From Octopus vulgaris (taxonomy: Eukaryota): a DNA stretch of 64,000 nucleotides. The stretch spans positions 11,842,001 to 11,906,000 of the forward strand of contig OX597822.1 in the NCBI GenBank assembly GCA_951406725.2, in the 5' to 3' direction. The position numbers and the translations under genes were made by a program. The notes below the pieces were generated by a model. It was not told the DNA's origin. It saw nothing but the letters and a program-made list of their open reading frames with translations, and did no database searches. Below, in pieces: positions 56,165-64,000 of the stretch; the first letter of the stretch is position 1; the number at the start of each line of letters is the position of its first letter.

Positions 56165-56565
56165 TTATTTTACTTGCTTCAGTGATTTGACTGCGGCCAT
56201 GCTGGAGCACTGCCTTGAAGGGTTTTAGTCAAACAAATCGAACGGGGGAGTTATTCTTAAAGCCTCGTTCTTACTCTATCCTCGCTAAGTTACGGGGACG
56301 TAAATACAGCAATACCGGTTGTCAAGCAGTGATAGTGGAGACAAACACAAGCACAAACACTCACACACACATACATAGCCATTTATTTGAACTGACTATA
56401 TATATATATATATGTATATACGGCGGGCTTCTTTCAGTTTCCGTCGACCAAATCCACTCATAAGGTTTTCGGTCCGTGGCTACAAGTAGGAGTCACTTGC
56501 CCAAGGTGACACGCAGTGGTGCTGAACCTGGAGCCATGCAAAGCAATCTTCTTACCACACAACCA
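56165..56565 (-). mobile_element. SINE type 1, near full-length
   Basis: ttttacttgcttcagt..ctgcggccatgctggagcac; cgggcttctttcagtttccgtc; cacttgcccaagg; cttaccacaca. Confidence 0.85.
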
Positions 56566-56591
56566 TAATAATAATAGTAATAATAATAATA

Positions 56592-56622
<31 letters not shown>

Positions 56623-56639
56623 TGATAATAATAATAATG

Positions 56640-56695
<56 letters not shown>

Positions 56696-57304
56696 CATTA
56701 TTATTATCATCATTATTATTATTATCAACATCGTCCCCATCATTGTCGTCATCGTCGTGGTTTTCGTCATTGTGGCTCGTCATCGGCGAATATCTAATTC
56801 TATTCATACTCGTCTTTATTTTCATCGATTTTATTACCATTAATAACATTATCACACAAACAGAAGACGGTCATTATCACCATCATCATCATCATCATAA
56901 TCATCATCCCCATGCTCTTCATCTTCATCATCATCATCGTCATCATCGTCATCATCGTCCTTGTCGTCGTCGTCGTCGTCATTGTGACCATCATCATTAT
57001 CACAGTTAGCGTTCATATCAATCAAAATTTCACAGTATTTCAATTATCCTCTGTATTTGATCAATTAAAAATAATTCCAGGCTTGGTTTACATGACAAAA
57101 GCTGTATTCATTTCGACTCTGACAAAAACTGGGCACAAATAATGAAACAAATAGCCATCAACGTATCATACTTAACGTATACAGACCTTCGATAACTCAG
57201 TGTCTGTAGTCTTTGTCCTGTGGTAACATTTCGCAATAAATATCGGTGAGAGAGGAAAATTCGTCTCAGCAGGTATTTTAATCACATCCTCGATTGCATA
57301 TATC

Positions 57305-57520
57305 TTTTATCTTTTACTTGTTACACTCATGTGGCCTTACTGGGGCAAATACCTGAAGGATTTAGTCAAACAAATCGACCCAAGTACATTTTATTAATAT
57401 TTTGTTTTAGTCTCGTACTTATCGTATTGGTCTCTTTTGCAGAAGAGGTAAATTATGGGGACGTAAATAAACCAAGACTGGCTGACAGGAGGTGGAAGGA
57501 TACAAACACAAACTCAAAAC
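57305..57520 (-). mobile_element. SINE type 1 3' half
   Basis: tcttttatcttttacttg..ggatttagtcaaacaaatcgacc..ggggacgtaaa. Confidence 0.7.
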
Positions 57521-57554
57521 ACGAGTTTTGTGGATCTTTGCTTTTATCCCTACG

Positions 57555-58255
<701 letters not shown>

Positions 58256-58519
58256 TTTATTCTACAGCAATCTAATGGTGTTTCCTTGCAGTAATTTTAT
58301 GCCACCCATACGACGGTAACATCATCTCCCTCAGCTATGGATGATGTTCATACCAGTTCTTAGGGTTCTGAATATCATAGTGAAAGAATTGGCCTGGTGT
58401 TATATACTGTAGGGATCAAAAACTGAGCAAGCGGCAACAATGTGGTTACTGCTCTCAAGTTTGTCAATATCGTAATGATATTGGAGATTACTGGAAACAT
58501 GCAAATGTCGTTGCATTTA

Positions 58520-59300
58520 CAGTGAATTATGATTAATGGAAATCGCAAATGGCTTATCTAAATTTAGCAAGGAAAGTCAAATTTCCAAGCATAATTTTAG
58601 CAACAAAAGTAAAATTTGCTACATAATTCCTCTAGTGTTTAACTGGCTCCGAAATTTCGCTGGCGTTTCAAAAGTGTTGCATCAAATTTTAAAATATATT
58701 GCAGAAAAAAATATCCTCGTTTCAAGCAAATATTCCCTCAGCCGCCTATTGTAGCCTTGAGACGCAATATTTTTATTAGAGAAATATTAATATAAATATT
58801 TGAGAGAAATATTAACCACTATTTCTAACTCCAAGAAAACAACCATTTGAGTTTCTGAGCGCTACACCTTACAAAGCAGCAAGAGGTTTAATCCCTGTTA
58901 ATTGTGTAACAACATGTATCAAGTTAATTCCATCATGAATCATTACAGAAAAGCTATGATTTATACGGAAGGTGGGACCTGTAAAGATTCCCATTTGGTT
59001 ACGCAGCAGAATGCACCAAACAACTTGATTTATGTTGGTTGTAAAAGAGAACAATTAAGCAAAAGAGTTAATGTGCAAAGGTATGAGATCAGGCACAATA
59101 AATGTGTAGCAGTAATTCGAGAGAACATTCTAGATCAAGCGGCTATAATTTTGAGGAACACCTGAAAGTGAAGATTATCAGAAAATATCCTGTATCTTCT
59201 ACATTTTCAGTCCGTAAAAGGCATGAGGACAAATATATTTGTGAATTACTAATATCACGCTCTGGTGAAATGAATAAAATGACAGGAGCGTTTCATCACA
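58520..59300 (+). mobile_element. Penelope-like element (Neptune-type), decayed GIY-YIG C-terminus
   Basis: IIPLVF.., IFPQPPIVALRRN, PC.LC, TCKDSHLV.AAEC..LIYVG..EQLSKR.N..R..I, REH, LKVKII, RKRHEDKYICEL. Confidence 0.7.
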
Positions 59301-59395
59301 TTTATACAAAACCGTTAGGTATTTTTTTCTTTTCCCTTTTCTTTTTTCTTCCTTCTTTTAAATTTCAGCTGTTTTCCTATTACCAGTTAGAGAAA

Positions 59396-59450
59396 TTGAA
59401 AACTGATGATGGCATTCTATCAAAATAGGAAGCAAGATTTCGTCATTTAT
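59396..59450 (+). ncRNA. Decayed hammerhead motif just 3' of the PLE ORF
   Basis: CTGATGA-TGGC a TTCTAT caaa ATAGGA a GCAA-GAttt-cGTC; the GAAA core is mutated. Confidence 0.4.
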
Positions 59451-59859
59451 ATTTTGAATTTCTGTGTTTCTACGGTTTTCATTGTACATTTTGAACCCGA
59501 ATATGACAGACCATCTGCCGAGATGCGGTTCAAACCATTAAACAAACAATCTCTTCTTATTGTCTATTTTTATTTACTTTTAATCTGCATGTTTGTTAAA
59601 TTCACTTGCCGAGGCACGCCCAACATCCCAGGGCAAGTGAAGGACAAGAGATGTTACAGTATGACTGAAAGCTTGGTGAGGGGAAGTGGCAGGGGAAGTT
59701 CCAAAACCTCTTCATGCAATGCAACAAAGACATTCAAATTGATGGGTGGGGGTTTCTAAGGTTGTTGGCAGTACTTGGATTTCTCTGTGTCGTACTTCTC
59801 CTGATATGCTGTCTAGTTGTTTCTGACATACTTCTTCTTCTTATTTTCTTCTTCTTCTT

Positions 59860-59946
<87 letters not shown>

Positions 59947-59949
<3 letters not shown>

Positions 59950-62120
59950 TAGTTTTATTTTCATAGCGTGCTTTCACTTCACTACCGAGCGCAGCTCTGT
60001 GTGCCTTAGGTATGTGCTGTGATTTGTTGTGATGCTCTGATGGTTATTGTATGGAAAGTGCTCTGCGTAGGATGTGTGAAGTGCCTAGTAGTGCAATTTT
60101 CTGTATGTTATATTTGTTTGTAAGTCCTGGTGTTTTTGTTATGTATTTGTCTGAATATTTTTTATCATGCCTAATGCACCTACTATGATAGGAATTGTTT
60201 CTGTTTTTAGATTCCACATTCTGGTTACCACTATTTCCAGGTCTTTGTATTTTGAAAGTTTCTCCATTTCGTTTAGAGACACGTTGTCATCTGCTGGTAT
60301 TGATACATCAATCAGAAAGCATTTTTTTCTTCATGATCTCTGACAACTATATCTGGTCTGTTAGCCTTAATTTCTCTATCTGTGTGTATCGGCATATCCC
60401 AGAGTATGGTTGCTTTCTCGTTTTCTGTGACCTTTTCTGGTGTGTGACTATACCATTTTTTTTCTGTTGTTATTCCATAAAGTTGGCATAGCTTCCAGTG
60501 TATGTAGGTTCCAACTCTGTCATGTCTGTGAATATATTCCTTCTTAGCCAGGACTGGGCAGCCAGAGATAATATGATTTATTGCTTCTTGTCCATCTCCA
60601 CATATTCTGCAGTTACTTGTTATATTTCGTTTCTTTACATGTTTTTGGTAATTTCTGGTGGGGAGGCTTTGTTCTTGTGCTGCAATTAAAAATCCCTCTG
60701 TCTCTGCTTTGAGTCATGAGCTTCTCAACCATTGCTGGGATTTTTCTTTGTCTATTTCTTTTGCGTTTAGTTTAGTGCAGTATTTACCATGAAGGGGCTT
60801 TTCTTGCCATCGTTTTATCATGGCTGGTTGCTGTTCTATTTTTAGTTTGGATTTCATTTGTTTTATAGCTTTTGTTGTTTCTTCTTCTTCTTCTTCTTCA
60901 TATTTATAAGGTGGTATGATTTCTTGTTTGTATTTGTCAGCTTCCTTAAATACTGAGAACAGTTTTTTTGTTTTGCTCGTGTTTTGCCGCTATTTGTATC
61001 AGGTTTCCTTCCTTCTGAAGTAGATATTTTTGCAGTCCTATGGTGGTTATTTTATAGTAGTTTTCCAGCAGTATAAGGCCTCTACCACGTTCTATACTTT
61101 GTATATATAGTCTTTCTATGTCAGATTTTGGGTGATGCATCCTAGATCCTCTCATTATTTTTCTTGTTTTCCTATCTATTTTGGTCAGTTCATTTAGTGC
61201 CCAGTTAAGGATTTTGTAGCTGTAGCTTATAACTGGGACGGCTAAAGTGTTAATACGTATTATCTTATTTTTAGCATTAAGCTCTGTTTTTAGTATTGAT
61301 CTAACTCGTCTATAATATTCTTTTTTTATTTTCTCTTTCATTTGTGTGTTGTGTCTTATCTAGTTCATGGATTCCTAAGTATTTGTAAGTTTGGCTTACA
61401 ATCCATGAACTGTCTTTAATAGTGTTTCCAGCTGTTTGTCATTTGCAGCGTATAGTTTTAGGTCATCCATTGCTTACCAACCACATGGCTGATCGTTTTG
61501 CCGTAACATTTATATCCGCATCCAGTTCTATTCAACATATCAGATAGAGGTGACAGTGCCAAGCAGAAAAGGAGTGGAGAGAGCGTGTCTCCCTGGAATA
61601 TTCCTCTTCTAATGGGGATGGCTTTGGTTTTCATGAGTCCCTCTTTTGTTTGGAGCTGTAGCACTGTTTGCCATTTATTCATAGAGTGTCATATGTATTT
61701 TATAATTGTTGGTGCAACTTTGTTCATGGCTAGTGTTTCGAGGATCCATGTGTGGGGGATGCTATCAAACGCCTTTTTGTAGTCGATCCAGGCCATACTG
61801 AGGCATTTCTTCTTTCTGTGGCCGTCTTCAGTTATGGCTTTATTGATCATTAGTTGATCTTTATAGCCGTCTGAGACTTTGCGACATCCTTTCTGCTCTT
61901 CCGGAAACAGGTTGTTTTCGTACAGATGCTTGTTTAATCTTTGTGATATTACTGCAGTGAATGCTTTGTACATTGTAGGGATACATGTTATAGGTCTGTA
62001 GTTCTCTGGTTTTGCTGTCTCATTTGATTTGGGAATTAAGATGGTTTTCCCCTTCATGAGCCATTCAGCCTGCTTTTTGTGCATTCCTGTCAGATATTTC
62101 AACCAGAAGTTGGGGATCTT
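59947..62120 (-). mobile_element. R4/Dong-like family A, 5'-truncated, frameshifted, in (ATT)n
   Basis: PNFWL, NYRPITCI, EQKG, WIDYKKAFDSIPH, GIFQGDTLSPLLF, MDDLKLY, HHPKSDIERLY, RHD, RPDIV; same 3' UTR as 40290-40394; both flanks (ATT)n. Confidence 0.92.
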
Positions 62121-62214
62121 ATTATTATTATTATTATTGTTGTTGTTGTTGTTATTGTTATCATTATTATTATTATTATTGTTGTTGTTGTTGTTGTTGT
62201 TGTTGTTATTGTTA

Positions 62215-62264
<50 letters not shown>

Positions 62265-62374
62265 ATTATCATTATTATTATTGACTTAAATGGAGCCTTG
62301 ATCAATTTACATCTGCCTAAACCCCTCGATTTGCACACATGCACAACTATATAAATATATATATATTGACACTA

Positions 62375-62702
62375 TTGTGGCTTTGGGCTTAGTGCCACGG
62401 CTTGTTAACTTGGCTAGGTGTCCTCTACAATAGCTCCAGAGGGAACAAAGCCTTGTGAGTGGATTTGGTAGACAGAAAGTGAAAGAAGCCCGTCGTATAT
62501 ATTTTAACGTATATATGCCTACCTAGACATATATTCGCGTTAATTCTCCCCGATCGCTTGAAGAGTAATGTTGCGTAACTAAGTAGTTTGCTATTTGATA
62601 CGAGGATGGTAAAATGTACCGGGGTCGATTTGTGGGATTAACGCATCAAGGCTTTGCCCCATTATGGCCGCAGTACAACAACTGAAACAAGTAAACGATA
62701 AG
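62375..62702 (+). mobile_element. SINE type 1, diverged
   Basis: aaagccttgtgagtggatttggtagacagaaagtgaaagaagcccgtcg..tggccgcag..ctgaaacaagtaaa. Confidence 0.8.
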
Positions 62703-63069
62703 TGATTGATGATATCAGTGTTTGCACCATATGAATATGTTCGTATATATATTTCCATAAACGTGACTTACATTTTTCCCTGCTCAGTGGCTGTTATTCC
62801 CAAGCAATATTTCTATGTTAGAATGGTAATGACCCGAACGACTCAATAGTACTGCCTAGGTGTCGAAACCATAAGGATTTCTGAGTGACAGCAGACGTTA
62901 GAATGCCTTTCGCTGTAGCGTTTATTAATGATGTGAGCAGTTTGTACCACATATTCTCTTTATTCCAATGACTTGTTTCTAATCTTTTAAATGTGCTAAT
63001 TCGTTAGATTGTGTTAATTGGGCTTTATGGTCAGTGTTAGACGTAGATATTATATTGGTTTCATTGCAA

Positions 63070-63117
<48 letters not shown>

Positions 63118-64000
63118 CTATGTATAAGTATATACATATATACACAGAGATACATACGTATATTATACACTCACGCACACACACATATATATATATATAT
63201 CAATTGGGAACAATACAGGTATACATCAGTATAAACACATCATAAACCTGATTGAACGTCGAAAAAATCTCATTAACTTCATAACCATTAGATTTTTAGC
63301 GAATTCATATAGGAATATGAGAAAACAATATATATGCATATATATATGCATGTATAAATATATGCATATATATATATATATCTACATATATACATATATG
63401 CATATGTATATACACACATATATACATACACACACACACACATGAGTGCATACTTAATATGTATGTATGCGTACGTTTCTATATGGAGAATGATAAACGT
63501 ATATGTTGCTTCGGTGTTTATATACATGTTATGTATATATATATATATTATGAAGTATATATATATACATGTATATATATATATATATATGTTTATGTCT
63601 ACCAATTAAGGGAAGGATATTTGGACGTTATAAGTTTAATGGTGGTGGATCCGTTTTATGTTCGAGAAGATGAAAGCTTTTTCGAAATTATGAGATATTG
63701 CATTAAAACTACGTTATCTCACTCCTCGTATGACGAAAAAATTTCTAAATATACTTATCGAAATTTTTTATCTAAATCTGTAATTTTCTCTTTCTTTTTT
63801 TTTTTTGTTTTATTCTTACTTATTTTACATTTTTGTTTGTCTCCTGAAACTTTGATGATTCGATATGAAGTCTGTTAGAAAGCAATAAGTTTACATATGC
63901 ATGCATATGTATACATGTATATATAAATGTTTATATATATATGTATATATATCTATATATCTATCTCTCTCTCTCAATATATATATATATATGTGTGTGT

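Overview
AT-rich, microsatellite-saturated eukaryotic non-coding DNA. The SINE/LINE repertoire strongly suggests a coleoid cephalopod, probably Octopus (inference). No host protein-coding gene can be supported; nearly all ORF-track entries are simple-repeat artefacts. The window holds several groups of mobile elements. (1) At least three R4/Dong-clade RT+RLE LINE families and a ~555-bp non-coding partner element, all sitting in (AAT)n tracts with fixed polarity. (2) Three pieces of a Tx1/L1-like LINE, all ending in (TATC)n; two of them form a ~1.7-kb tail-to-tail inverted repeat. (3) Two decayed Penelope-like GIY-YIG elements and several small non-coding elements carrying type I hammerhead ribozyme motifs (one with an intact core) plus a shared GCTATYTCTAGC+hairpin terminus. 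(4) A head-to-tail non-autonomous Helitron dimer, mariner/hAT relics, a CR1-like LINE whose 3' tail matches the commonest SINE, and many tRNA-derived SINEs. The best novelty candidates are the microsatellite-targeting retroelement system and the hammerhead-bearing, retrozyme-like elements.
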